Assembly (NCBI RefSeq): GCF_001194135.2
Contig: NC_068986.1
Coordinates: 45,900,943-45,964,942, forward strand
Direction of reading: 5' to 3'
DNA length: 64,000 nt
DNA from: Octopus bimaculoides
Taxonomy: Eukaryota
Part shown: positions 39,428-52,901 of the stretch, one piece after another
Layout of the letters: each line of letters begins with the position of its first letter
Position numbering within the stretch: the first letter of the stretch is position 1
Translations under genes and position numbers: made by a program
The notes under the pieces: model-generated
Seen by the model: only the letters and a program-made list of their open reading frames with translations
What the model was told of the DNA's origin: nothing
The model's database searches: none

Positions 39428-40545
39428 GGAGGGAATAAAATCCAAGCAGTTAATGTGTGGGTGATAGCATCACTTCACTATGGAGAGGGAATTATAAAAT
39501 GGTGAAAGAGAGAAATGAAGAAAATGGATACCAAGACCAGAAAAATGTTGACAGTACACGAACCCTTCCACCCAAAGAGTGTTACTGATAGGCAGTACTT
39601 GTCTAGAAGAAAAGGTGGGAGAGGTTTGATCAGTTATCAGGACTGTATCGAAGTAGAGGAAAACAGATTAGGGTGATATATAAAAAATGCTGTGGAGCCA
39701 CTGTTAAAACACATGAAGAAGGCTGGCATCATCAAAACTGAAAATTGAGTAACTAAAGAAAAATTTAAACAAGAAATGAACAAAAGAAAAAGCATGGAAA
39801 GAAAAAAAATGTATGGTCAGTTTGCAAGACAGATACAGAGGACCAGTTATATGAAGTGCATAATTGACAACACTACCAATAGCAACAAATGCAGAATGTG
39901 TGGTGAGAGGGGTAAAACAGTATGGCACATTGTTAACAAATGTCCAAAATGGGCAGAACATGAATACAAATGATGCCATGACGATGTGGCAAGAATGATC
40001 CATTGGGAGCTCTGTGGAAATTGCGACCTATATGATATGAGCAAACCCTAGAAGGAGTCACTGAAAATGAGAGCTGCAAAATCCTGTAGGATGTAATGAT
40101 CCAATATGATCACCTGACTAGACATAGAAAACCGGACATTGTTGTGGGGAATAAAAAAGAAAGAACATGTATGATAATCGACATAGCATGCCCCAGTGAC
40201 AACAGGATCAATGTGAAAGAAGAAAAAATAAACAACTATGATGATTTAAAGTGGGAAATACAAAGGTTGTAGTCTATGAAGAGAGTAGAAGTGATACCAA
40301 TAGTAATTGGTGCACTTGGAAGTATCAGCACTCAACTATCAATATGGTTGAAAAAGATCTGTGTAAGTGTGAAGGTAGAACACCTATAAAAAAATCAGCA
40401 TTGCTTGGAACTGCAAGAATCCGTCACAGGGTTCTTGAAGCATGACCAGTAAACAAGTGTCACCTTAGTCTGTTGACCGTGAACAGCTGACACTTTCCAT
40501 CATACCCAGCAAAATAAGCTGTGAGTTTTCTTACAATAATAATAT
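39428..40545 (+). mobile_element. 5'-truncated R4/Dong-like non-LTR retrotransposon (3' third, disrupted)
   Basis: GNKIQAVN, TRKMLT..HPKS..R.YLSRRKGGRGL, CCHC knuckle KCRMCGERGKTVWHIVNKC, RHDDVA, RKPDIVV, IIDIACP, VIPIVIGALG, ALLGTARI; flanked by (AAT)n. Confidence 0.88.
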
Positions 40546-41056
40546 AATACCTTAAGTATGTTAGATAGATGGCTTTTTAATCTAATCTATACTCTGGATT
40601 TTTTTTAGCCTAGTATTTAATTGTAATATCTGAATTTATTCTTTACTGTTTCCTATATATCAGCGGTGAGATTTTGTCTAGGCACGTGGTTGTGAATACA
40701 CATCATTAATAGGACTCAAGAAGGTTGAAATGTATCTGCTGTTCTCACTACCCACTGCCGAAATAATTTTCCATCTCTCTCCAATATATATTGAGATTTT
40801 AAAATAGTACATGTGTAAAAGATTTTATCAGAGATGAAAATTGCTATTTCTTTCCAGTCAATGGAGTATGTACATTAAGTATGATACATAGACGACTATT
40901 TTTATTCAATGCTGCTTCAACTGCATACCCCAGAATAATAATAATGATAATAATAAACATTATTAGTAGATAAAGAGCATGTAAATTTCTGTTGCATGGT
41001 ATAGTTAGTCCAGTATCAAATGATTTTAAAATGGAATAAACAAATGTAATACTTGC

Positions 41057-41275
41057 CAATGCCAGATCCTGATATTTCGTCACAGGGCCCATTGTTGACA
41101 ATGTATAATTCGGTTTTCTTTAAGCATGCATATCTTTTCATCTCACACTCATTATTATAGACCTGTCCATTGCTGGCACAAAGCACTTCAAAATCTGCAG
41201 GACATTCTGAAGGACATACACACATACCATTCTCACAAGTTGACCCAAATGGACAACGAATTTTCGCACATTTAT
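41057..41275 (-). CDS. AGRN: Agrin exon: complete follistatin/Kazal domain plus first SGSG (KCAKIRCPFGSTC...NGPCDEISGSGI)
   Basis: ttttatcttttcag acceptor; 219 nt, phase 1->1; donor is G|GCAAGT (GC type), which is required for frame with the next exon; overlaps ORF 41016..41225. Confidence 0.9.
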
Positions 41276-43549
41276 CTGAAAAGATAAAACAAAAGCTTTT
41301 ATTTAGAATTGATATTTACAATAAGGATGCACTCACACTTTTAACAGGATAGCCCTCATTTTAGAATGTATATTTAAATACTTGAGCTGTACTCATCACA
41401 AAAAAAATCATCCTTCGAGTAGTTATTTCTATGTGAGAAGACTAGTGCAGAAAATGTTCCTTAACAGAGATGATACTAAGAGAGGAATCATTTATTGTTG
41501 CTCATGTCAATTAAAGTAGGGATTTTAATAGTGCTCTTAAATTTGGTATCAGCTAATTGTCATTTAAGAATTAAGCAAAAGCACAATAAAGTATGAAATT
41601 GAATATCATAATATAAGGGAATTAATGAAAGCAATAATTTTGGTTAACAGAAAAATTTCTACATGAATTTTCTTCAAAATTCAGATGAGAAAGTCATTGA
41701 AATTTATTATTTATCAGTGAAAATTGTGAAGTTGTATGACTATGCTTTTGATATAAATATAAATATATATATATATATANNNNNNNNNNNNNNNNNNNNN
41801 NNNNNNNNNNNNNNNNNNNNNNNNNNNNNNNNNNNNNNNNNNNNNNNNNNNNNNNNNNNNNNNNNNNNNNNNNNNNNNNNNNNNNNNNNNNNNNNNNNNN
41901 NNNNNNNNNNNNNNNNNNNNNNNNNNNNNNNNNNNNNNNNNNNNNNNNNNNNNNNNNNNNNNNNNNNNNNNNNNNNNNNNNNNNNNNNNNNNNNNNNNNN
42001 NNNNNNNNNNNNNNNNNNNNNNNNNNNNNNNNNNNNNNNNNNNNNNNNNNNNNNNNNNNNNNNNNNNNNNNNNNNNNNNNNNNNNNNNNNNNNNNNNNNN
42101 NNNNNNNNNNNNNNNNNNNNNNNNNNNNNNNNNNNNNNNNNNNNNNNNNNNNNNNNNNNNNNNNNNNNNNNNNNNNNNNNNNNNNNNNNNNNNNNNNNNN
42201 NNNNNNNNNNNNNNNNNNNNNNNNNNNNNNNNNNNNNNNNNNNNNNNNNNNNNNNNNNNNNNNNNNNNNNNNNNNNNNNNNNNNNNNNNNNNNNNNNNNN
42301 NNNNNNNNNNNNNNNNNNNNNNNNNNNNNNNNNNNNNNNNNNNNATAATATATGTATGTGTGTGTGTGTTTGTGTGAGTGTTTAGTTGTCCAATGAATTT
42401 TCACAAGTTTGAAAAAAAGAGACACTCATATTTTTAGGTAATAGAGTTGGTACATTATTCATGCAAAGTTATAAATTTAATTTCTTGATAGCTATTTCAT
42501 GTTACCAAATGCTTTCATGTTGAAGAACCTTTCAAGTGTGAAAAGAACATGCAACAACCATATAATCATCAGACATGACTGAATAAAAGAGTATAGTTAT
42601 ACTCGACTATTCTGAGACTGGTTTATAATACTGTATTTGTGAATGAATTCATGGTTGCTTAGCCAAGATACCTGGATTTTATTCAGTTCACCACTGAATA
42701 AAATATGTTTAATAAATTTTGTAATAATATAAATTTAGTTTGCTAGTGGATACACAATATATTAGTTCTGATAGTTCTGTTGTAAAAATTAAGTCACAGT
42801 TTAGTAGATATGGCCTAAATTTTATTACAAAAACGAATAGATTTGTAAAAATGTATAACAAAATAAATTTCTTCAAAAAATAAATAAATAAAATAAAATA
42901 TAAATTCTATTTAGCATTTAGAGTTTATATGATCTTGAAGATATTGAAATAATTCATTGAATAGCAATTGTAGTTTGTAAAAAAACAGAACTACTTGATG
43001 AATTACAGAGTCCTGCTTTTGTGATGTTAAGGAGTTAAGAAATAAATTTACTTAGATAGAATGTTATGTCTATTACAAGTATATTTTGTTGAAAGTTCCA
43101 ATACCTATTCCCTACCTCTGGTAAACTGATGCAAAATGGAATTATCAGGTTTAGCAACATAATAAAACACTTTATAATCAATATATTCTCAAAGTAAAGG
43201 TTGTGTCTATGCAACTCACGTCAGATGTAACATGTCAAGTAAGGAAGTAGAGGAGAATATGATGATGATGATAATGAGAATAATTATGATGGGGATGAAA
43301 CTTATCCCACAGCTTGCCTGATAATGTAAGAGTAGCTCAAGGCATTAGTTCAACAGTGAAAGATATTGACAATACAATATTCCAAGTAAAGGAAATCTTA
43401 AGTTAATGACAAAGAAAAAATATGCTTAACTTTCTTGAAATTTCAAGTTGATATGATATTTCATCAGCAACAATAACTCAATTTTCATGTGATATATAGA
43501 AACATTGAACAATTTTTTTGTTGAATACTGAGAAATGATTTTTACTTAC

Positions 43550-43664
43550 TGCAATCACCACGAGATTCCACTTCAATTAGTTTTTGATCGCGACATGAAG
43601 CAACCTTTAGTTCACACTCATTCTGGTAAGAAATCCTGTTTGTTCCACATACCTTATTCTCAAC
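43550..43664 (-). CDS. AGRN: Agrin exon: Kazal half (VENKVCGTNRISYQNECELKVASCRDQKLIEVESRGDC)
   Basis: ctacttcag acceptor, gtaagt donor; 115 nt, phase 0->1. Confidence 0.93.
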
Positions 43665-43950
43665 CTGAAGTAGATTACAGAAACCATTCAGGTATAATAA
43701 AAAAAAAAAATGATATTTCCAATTATGTTATACAGGAAGCTCTATGTAGAAATACAGTTTACTGAAAATTAAAAAACTTCAAGATCTTAGAAGTAACTTG
43801 ATCTATGTTTCTGCATGTAGATATAAGGTTTTCTGCCGAAGTATAATTCCATTCACTGATTTTGGTTTCCATTTGAGAGATATTAGATAGAATGTATTAT
43901 GATTATTAAATAAAAATTAAACAGATTCTAATTGTAATTGAAATTTCTTA

Positions 43951-46031
43951 CACCTGGCAGATGTCACTTTTGCACCACTCAGGCAACAACCCCCATGTCC
44001 TCCAGGGTTTTCCTCTTTTGGCAGATGGGGGCCCTGGTGGCTTTGCCCTAGTTGCTTCATAAAGCTGAGGTATGTCCCTGGAGGAAAGAACTTTTGGGTT
44101 CATACAAGAGGTTATTGCTGCTGAGGGTTTTATGAGGTTGTGCAGATACTACCTCAACTTCTTTTAGTTGCCTTTTACAATGCACAGCGGAGTGCCAATC
44201 CTGGAGACCTATTCAGGTGGGGACTCAGAATGTCCTTTCACTGAGGGATGATTCCTGTCTGGCCCTGATGTCTTTGAAACTCAGCCATTTGTAAGTTGTT
44301 GTAGCAGCCCTATCAGAGGTGTGTCAGCCAGAGGAGGGTGACATCTCATGAGTGGTTACACCTACCACTGGTCTGGGTGCTCTAAGAGTTAGCTTGCCAG
44401 TGTGGTAGCAGCTGCAATGGTCAGCAGGTTGGTTCTAATTATATTAAATGTAACACCTGACAATGAGTGTATTATGTGGCCAAGGATTCAACATTCTCCA
44501 ACCAGCTGTGCTCTGTTGTGGAGAGTATCCCCAATAGGAACACATTCTTAGTCATAGGAGATTTCAATGCATCACTTGGGGTTGACAGAATCGATTACAA
44601 GTGTTGTCAGTCTTTTTATGATCTGGTACTAGGAATGAAAGTGGTGTGATGTTCCTGGATTTTGTCAAAAGCCATGAACTTTGCATAGCTGGGTCCTGGC
44701 CCTTACATTCAGAGCAGCATTGCTGGACTTGGTATTACAATGCTGGCCATGTGGCTAAGGAGATCGACCACATATTTATAGATGGCTGCTAGAGACTCCT
44801 ACAGAACTGCAGGGTTTTTCAGAGTGTTAGTTTTTTGAGCACTGAACATAGACTTGTTATGGCTGAATTGAAATTGAGACTGAAGTCTAAGAAGCTGAAG
44901 GCAGCAACTTCTAGAATGGATATCAACAGGCTCAAAGATCACAGTGTAAGCAAGACTTATTTGCAGTAAGTTGGATCTGTGTTACTTGGGGTTGACTCCT
45001 CAGCTGATCCTGTGGAAATGTGGGAAACTTACAGAGACACCCTACTGGTTTCCAAAATCAAGCCAGGAAACATTTCCATTCCATGTGAAGCAGTGATGGA
45101 GCATAGCTGCTGGGTGAGACTGGGTGGAGTCCCTTATTATTTGCTTTGAGGGCTGACATGTGGGATAGTCAGTGCACTGAGGTCCAACAAGGAAAAGCAA
45201 GTCTGAGAAATCTATGAGGACGTTGGGAATCAGCTTCACATCGCTATGCTGTGTGGTGGAGCCTCTCACTAGGTGTTCTGGAGTATTAAACTCTGATGGT
45301 ACACTTCTGATGCTGGAGCCCAAGGTGGCAGCTCAGTGGGTAGTATACTTTGAGGAGTTGTACAAGGGGGACCTACCTAGTACTGATCTGAATATCAAGA
45401 TGTCTTCAGCATTGGTGGCTGACCTGCCAGTCAGCTGTGATCTACTATTTGAATATGAGTTCATATGGTGGTAAATCAACTGAAGAGTAGGAAGGCAGCA
45501 GGAGTTTGTGGCATCCATGAGGATATAATCAAGAAAGGTGGGCCTGCTGCAGTCTTGCTCTTGTGGCAGATAATCTGTTCAATCTGGAACAGCAGCATAT
45601 GACCTGACTGAAGGAGGGGCATAATTGTCTCACTTTGGAAAGGTGAAGATGACTGCTGTGATTGCAACAATTATAGGGCTATTACACTCTTCTCAGTACC
45701 CAGTAAAGTCTTTGCCAGGGTTACTCTGAATAGAGTGCAAAATTACCTGGTCACATTTCAGTGGCTGGAACAGTCAGAGTTCACACCAAAGAGGTCAACT
45801 ATCGAAAGGATCTTGGCTCTTTGTGTACTCATTGAACACCTGATGAGCTTTCAGCAGATGCTGCTTGTAGCTTATGTTGACATCCATAAGGTGTTTGACT
45901 TCGTGGACTGAGATATACTTTAGAAGGTTCTGAAGCTGTGAGGTATACCTCCTCAACTGATTGGGCTGATGTTGTTCTTGAACAATCAATGCAGTTCAGA
46001 TTGGGACTCAACATCTGACCTTTTCCCAGTT
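43951..46031 (+). mobile_element. RTE-clade LINE (5' UTR, AP endonuclease, N-terminal RT; 3'-truncated, many stops)
   Basis: QVGTQNVLSL, GYTYHWSG, VIGDFNA, WTWY..KEIDH, TEHRLV; RT: KAAGVCGI, NYRAITLFSVPSKVFA, FTPKRST, AYVDIHKVFDFVD; ends before YADD. Confidence 0.9.
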
Positions 46032-47030
46032 AGCAGATGGAAAGAACAGTTTATTTTGTTATGGTACAAAGCTCTGTTTACAAGTAAGTATATGAAAGCA
46101 ACTGATCATATTGATTCCATTGCATGAGTATTAAGAAAAATGAAATTCAAACTGTCTTGAGGATTCAAATTTAGTGAACCTCTAAAGCAGATATTGTAAA
46201 GCATCCAATTTGGTGCCCTACTGATTCAATATCTGCTACTAGACAAATGGTTTTCAGAGTACAATTGATATAAAGGCAAAATATTAATAAGAATCCAAGA
46301 GAAATTTAATTAGACCCTAAATACACTTCAAAATCAGCTATCTCATTTAATTGGTAATTACTGTATTATAAATTAGAAAGTCACCAAATATTAACTAAAT
46401 TTTAAAATATTTTATATAAATAGGTTTCTGATAATTCATTTCTAAACATTATTCTATTTTCATTTATAATATGATATATTATGAAAATTTTCTCTGTCTG
46501 AAGATTTTCTAATAGGAAATTCCTTACATCTCTATATAACATGTAAATCTTTTTAATTCCTATTAGCAAATGAAACATGTGTAACAGAGAATAAGCAATA
46601 CCATATCTATTGATATAGGAGTAACATACAATTATTTTTCATATACAGAATAGAAAGAGAATTTAAGTTGTCATGATTAAAAAGTGTTCCACAAACTGTA
46701 TTGTGCAATTTGTGGTAGAATTATTATACCAATTTAAAACATACAAAAGTACTATGTATTATTAAGTATCCCAAATCTTTTTTCATATATCAAAATAGTC
46801 ACCTATTCTCTACTCCACTGTGCCTGATAAACTGAAATACAGTGGAATAAAATTTTAACGACCAGATCACAGATGTACATCAATACTTCAATACTTACTA
46901 ATATATAAATACCATTGTAAAATAAGGCAATGTAACTCCTTGAATTTTAACGGGAAGTCTTGGATCAAATCTGTTGGATAATTACACCACTAAAATATTT
47001 ACCAGTTATAAAACAAAAAACATGATTTAC

Positions 47031-47122
47031 CTCCACACAGGCCGATGGACATACACATTTGGCATTTTTACCATCACTTTGACAAACGGCATAGAATTCG
47101 CAGCGTTGATTTTCACAACCAT
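47031..47122 (-). CDS. AGRN: Agrin exon: follistatin N-half (GCENQRCEFYAVCQSDGKNAKCVCPSACVE)
   Basis: AG acceptor at 47124-47123, gtaaat donor; 92 nt, phase 1->0. Confidence 0.92.
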
Positions 47123-48994
47123 CTGTATTCGAAAGAAAAGCAAAACTGAAAATGAGGCTGATTGAAATGAATTGAATTTCAGCGAATTACTGTGATTCCA
47201 ACTAGAAAATAACATTTTTCTGGAAAAGTAAAGGTGGTGGAGTGTTGTGAACCTGTTAATATACACTTATTTATATAACAAACAATGATATCACAAGAAA
47301 AATATTTCTAAAATGACATGGGAGAAGGTATGGCTATGTGACCAAGAAGTTTGTTTTGGAACCATATGGTTCCAGGTTTCAGTCCACTGCTTGAGAAGGC
47401 ACCATCTGCCACAGCCTCAAAATGACCAATACTCTGCGAGTAGAATTATTCAGTAGAAACTGTATTGAAGCCCTTTGTACACATGCATGTGTGCATGCAA
47501 TTACATTTGCAGTGCTGTTTGAGTATTCGACAAAACACCTTGTGGTGTTTGCTCAAGTTCTCTTAGTTCTTTGCACAATGAAGTAAAATCGTGCTTTGAC
47601 CATCTTCGCTTTGATTTTCTTTGTGAGTTAGTAAATAAAGTACCAATACAATTTGGTAGATTAATGGAATGTTAGCATCTCAGACAAAATGTCTTGCCAT
47701 GTCTATTTTGGTTCTGTGCATTCTGAATTCAAATCCTTCCCCCTGTCAGTAGTAAAAACTGAGTCTGTCAGGATCCAGCATAATAGTCAACAAGTTTGGG
47801 ATGTTCTCAAGCAAGTGTCCAAGTATTTTTAATGCTTATTCTCTTTCACTAGCACATCTGATTGTATGAGATAATGCAAAATGACTTTTATACCCCCATA
47901 TCTCTCTCTCTATGTGTGTGTGTGTGTGTGTGTAGGCACTGGCATGGCTGTGTGTGGTTAAGAGGTTCACTTAACTACTACACTGTACATTGTTTCAGCT
48001 TCAGCCCCACTACTTGGCACCTTGGGCAAATGTCTTCTGTTGTAGCCCCAGGTTGACCAATATCATAGTGAATTTGGTAGAAGTAAGCTGCAAAGAGCTT
48101 GTTGTGTATATATTTATGTGTGTGTGTGCATGTGTGCATGCAAATATGAACATATATTTATATGTATGTGTGTGTATGTGTATATGTATTAGTTTACATT
48201 TGCAATTCTGCAAAAATTGTTCACGTATCATTGATCATGTTGCTATCATCTTTCCTATCAATTAGTCATTTCTTAGCTTTTCCCCTTTGATTACGTATGG
48301 AATAAAATATTCCTTACTTAAAAACCATGGAAAGGACAGTGACAGGTAGAGCTACAAAATTTATATATATATAACTTATTGATGTATATTAACAAAAGAT
48401 GTAAACATCATGAAAAGGATGTCTAAATAAAAAGAAAACAACCAAAAACTATGTATGGTCTTTGCTTTGAACTGAGCTGTGGAAAAATCGGAAAAATGTA
48501 AAAAATAGTGTTATTAATGAACTTTTCTCTGTTCTTCCATTTAATATATTAGATATATTAAAAAAACTATATTGCAATGCAATATGACATTCCACAGCCA
48601 TTATAATTTGTCACTTGTCACACTTGCAATCAAAAATGCAATGAGTGGATCTTTGAAAACATTTATTGTTCACCAAACACATTATAGAATTAAAAGAATA
48701 TAAGTGTTATACAATTGCCTAATCACCGGATTCATTTGACAATAATCACATTATTGGAGTCATATTATACAGTCATGGCATGACGAGAGTCATAAACACA
48801 ATTTCCTATTTGTTCTGACACTGCAATTTGTTCAGTCATTAATGAAATTTTCATGTTAAGAATGAATTTTTGAGATCATTCTAATATCTAATATTAATCT
48901 GAATATTAATCTAAGTTTGTGTGAGAGGGTAAAAATAAATATATCCTAAATTAAAGAAATAATTAATAGAATTTTAGAAGAAAATAAAACATAC

Positions 48995-49097
48995 TGCAAA
49001 GTCCTTTGTGTTTCACTTTTACATCAGACCTCTTTTGGCAGTTTTCTAGTCTCAGTTTGCATTCATTCGTATATGATATGCCATTCATGCCACATAC
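48995..49097 (-). CDS. AGRN: Agrin exon: Kazal half (VCGMNGISYTNECKLRLENCQKRSDVKVKHKGLC)
   Basis: ctgtttccag acceptor, gtatgt donor; 103 nt, phase 0->1; Kazal VCG..G.SY.NEC motif. Confidence 0.93.
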
Positions 49098-52000
49098 CTG
49101 GAAACAGAACATTGGAGAGAGAAGCATGTATAAAATACTATTGTTATAACTTTTTCTCTATTCATACATTTAATATGCAGTAGATGAATTACAGAGACTA
49201 TATTACAATGTAATATGACATTTCCTGAATCACTATGATTTCTATCTCATTGTATGACAATTAATTTCATGCTTTTGATTATTTAAGTAGCTTTTTAATA
49301 CATTTCCTATTGTAAAATGCTGTTGTATCAACAAGATATTCAAAATTGAGAAATGTGACTTCAATTCTCATTTAGAATTGTGAAAACCTGAAAAGTTCCT
49401 CCTTTATTTTTTTATTTGGTTTCTATAATGTAACCAAAGCAGTGCATCTCAGTGCCAGATAAGTAACGCAGACGTGTTAGGAGTCTTTACATATATCTGT
49501 TAAAGCCAGATTCTTATTGCTAAAAAACTGGGAGAAATGATTTTAGAACAATCTAATGGTAGAGGAAGGGAAGGTAAGAGAGGACATAGAGGTAACAAAT
49601 GCCAAAGAAGTAACAGATGGAGAGAGGAGAAAATACAAGAAAAGTCAGTAGAATTGAAAACTTTGAGGAGAGATGATTAAGGAGGTTATGATTAAATTTT
49701 TCTTATAGCATTTCCTTGTTATTACATCAGGGAAATGTTATAAGAAAACCCCTAATCTTTATTCTCAATACTTCCTTCCCTTAGTTATTAGCATATTGTA
49801 TTTTCCTCACCCACCTGAATTCTTGAGTCTGCTTTAGAAAATGATGGAAAAAGAGCATAAAAGGGGGGATCAATTATCTTAAACTGGATAGAGTAGATGG
49901 CATTCTTAAGCTGTGTGTACCAAACAAATGTTATATCAATTAATTTTAATATACTTCTCTGAATATATAGGACCCTGATTGTGCACTCCTCTTTGACCAA
50001 AGTTGTAAAACAAGGCTAAAATCCTTTGCATTTGTAATGGCATTTACGAGGTATTTAGACTCTTTCTCTTTCTAAACTTGAGATGATGGAAGTAGCATCA
50101 TTGTACCATATTAAAAGAATATGTTACAGGTTAGATTTCTCTCTCTCAGAATCAGTACAGAGGGAAACAAGCTGTAACTGAAAGTTGGAAAATACTGCAA
50201 AATCCTTGATAATAAATACTATAAAAAAAAAAGCAACTTCTATGATACATACAGATTTACTTATTTAAGAGAAATTGAATATAGACTGATTCTGGTAAAT
50301 AACCGAAGGTCATAACATTCACTTTACCATTTATTTGTTAAGTCATTAGACTGTGGCCATGCTGGGACACAACCCCAAAAGTTTTAATTAAACAGTTTAT
50401 TGAGTACTTACTTTATAAGTCTGGTACTAATTCTGCTGGTCTTTTTTGCCAAACCACTAAGTTATGGGGATTTAAACAAACCCACACTAGCTGTCAAACA
50501 CAGATGCAAGGACACACACACACACACACACATATGCATACAATGGGTTGGGTTTCCATTAAGTTTCCTTATACTAAAATCATTTGTAAGACATTGATCA
50601 GCCTCAAGCTATATTAAGATACTCTAGACTAAGGTCACAGGTGTTGGACTGAACATGAAACCACATGGTTACAAAATGAGCTTCTTAGCTACAAAGCCAT
50701 GCTTGTGCTTACTGTATACTGTGCATAGAGTGCTTTTTTTTTCATTTAAGCTACAATGGTGTTATTACAACAACATAAAATTTAACTTGAAAAATGTTAG
50801 TAATAAAATTAAGATAGTAAACCTATGTCTAAGCATGGTATCTTCGACATGAATTCTATCAATTATTTCTGGGAGTCAGTAAAGTGCAAAGGATGGATTA
50901 GTTTTATGTCCTCCAGAAATTTTATATCTTTATTAGCTCTCAGGAACAAGGCATATCTTTTACTTTAAATTCTGAAGCTGTGGTCTATTTCTATAACATC
51001 ACTTGCAATATTTCCTTATACTTAGTTAACTCTTTTCAAGAGACTGTTCCTGGTTTCTTCTTTTGAAGTGTTTTCATCAACTATCTATGAGTCTGTTGTT
51101 TTCTCTTTTGTGAAAAGATAAGGAACAAGAAAGGTGAGTTTGTTTCTATATGCTTGTTAACTGGTATTCACAAAGTGTATCTATATCTTGGTCAAGCATA
51201 ATGTGTCCCTCAGAGTATTACTAGTGAGAACAAACAGCTATCTTTTATGGAAGAGGAGGCAAATGATTCACATTTTAAAGCGTTAACAGCAGTAAAGTTG
51301 TAGTTGGTTCTTTTGAGAAACACCAGTACAATACAGACTGATATGGCTTTTAATGATAATTGTAAAATATTTTACTGATTTTCTCTGCCAAAGATGGTTA
51401 AAGGGAGCATACATTTGGTTTATATTTGTTTGCAAATTCTATAGAATGGGTATTTGGAGTGGTTGGCATTGGGAAGGGCATCCAGCTGTAGAAACACTGT
51501 CAGATCAGACTGGAGCCTGGTGCAGCCTCCTAGCTTCCCAGACCCCAGTTGAACCGTCCAACCCATGCCAGCATGAAAAACGGACGTTAAACGATGATGA
51601 TGATAGTAGATGGAAACTGAAAGAAGCCCATCTTGCGTGTGTGTGTGTGTCTTTATGTCTGTGTTTGTTTGTCCTGCACCACCACTTGACAGAAGAGACC
51701 AATAGAATAAGTACCACACTAAAAAGGAAAAATAAGTACTAGGGCTGATTCATTTGACTAAAAAAAATCTTCACGGTGATGCCCTAGCATGGCAGCAGTC
51801 TAATTAAAATAAAAGATATATATATACCCTCGCCACACACATATTATTGATTTTTGATACAGATTTTTCTATGTTTGTGTGGGTCAGAGGGGATTCAAGA
51901 GGCCAATTTTCTATGGCTATGTGTGTTTCTTGTCGCCAATTCCTCACCTGTCTATCAGTAAGCTAATATTTCCTTATGACCAGAGAAGTTTCCACAGATG

Positions 52001-52112
52001 ATTGAAATCTAACAGCAAGGTAATTTTAAAATAGTGGTACCCAAATTCATGCTATTACATTCACTCACTCATGCATACACACACACATGCATACCTACAC
52101 ACCTACTCACAA

Positions 52113-52153
<41 letters not shown>

Positions 52154-52429
52154 ACAATTGTTTCCCTTTACCAAATCCATTCACAAATCATTGCTATATA
52201 TATGTATGCATACATATATATATTATTGTNNNNNNNNNNTATATATATATATATATATATATATATTTAGTGCCAAAACGAAATGGCACTGCTCCAGCAT
52301 GGCCACAGTCATTGGACTGAAACATATAAAAGAATATATAATTTTTTATCAGGCAAGTCATAGCTTGCTTACTGACCTTGTGAATTACAAACACAGAACT
52401 CCAGAGTACCTCACTGGAACACCACATGC

Positions 52430-52760
52430 ATTTCCCACAAACACTTCAAGATAACTCTTACCAGCTTTACAGTAAATTCAACCAAGGGACATAACTCCTA
52501 ATCTAAACCCCCTGCCCGTTTTTGTCTCACCATTTTTTTTCAGAGCAACCACAAACTGGATATGTCAATTCACCTCCGACAATAGAGAGCAGTCACCGTA
52601 TTCCCTTCCACATCAGCTATCTCTGATGAGCGTAAGATTATATAATTGGATTGTTACCTAACACTCCATTGTATTCCTAGCACGAAACTGATTGGTAAAA
52701 TAAGCCATGATGGATATATAATACTGTACATTTCAGATAATATACCCACTCTATTGACAG
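52430..52760 (+). mobile_element. Probable Penelope-like element terminal fragment with hammerhead-like motif
   Basis: CTGATGAG at 52623-52630 and CGAAAC at 52683-52688 in a non-AT-rich intronic insert; element class is inference. Confidence 0.4.
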
Positions 52761-52808
52761 ATATATGAGTGTATTTTTTCCCTGACTTATGGACACCTAA
52801 ATGACTCA

Positions 52809-52847
<39 letters not shown>

Positions 52848-52857
52848 NNNNNNNNNN

Positions 52858-52901
<44 letters not shown>

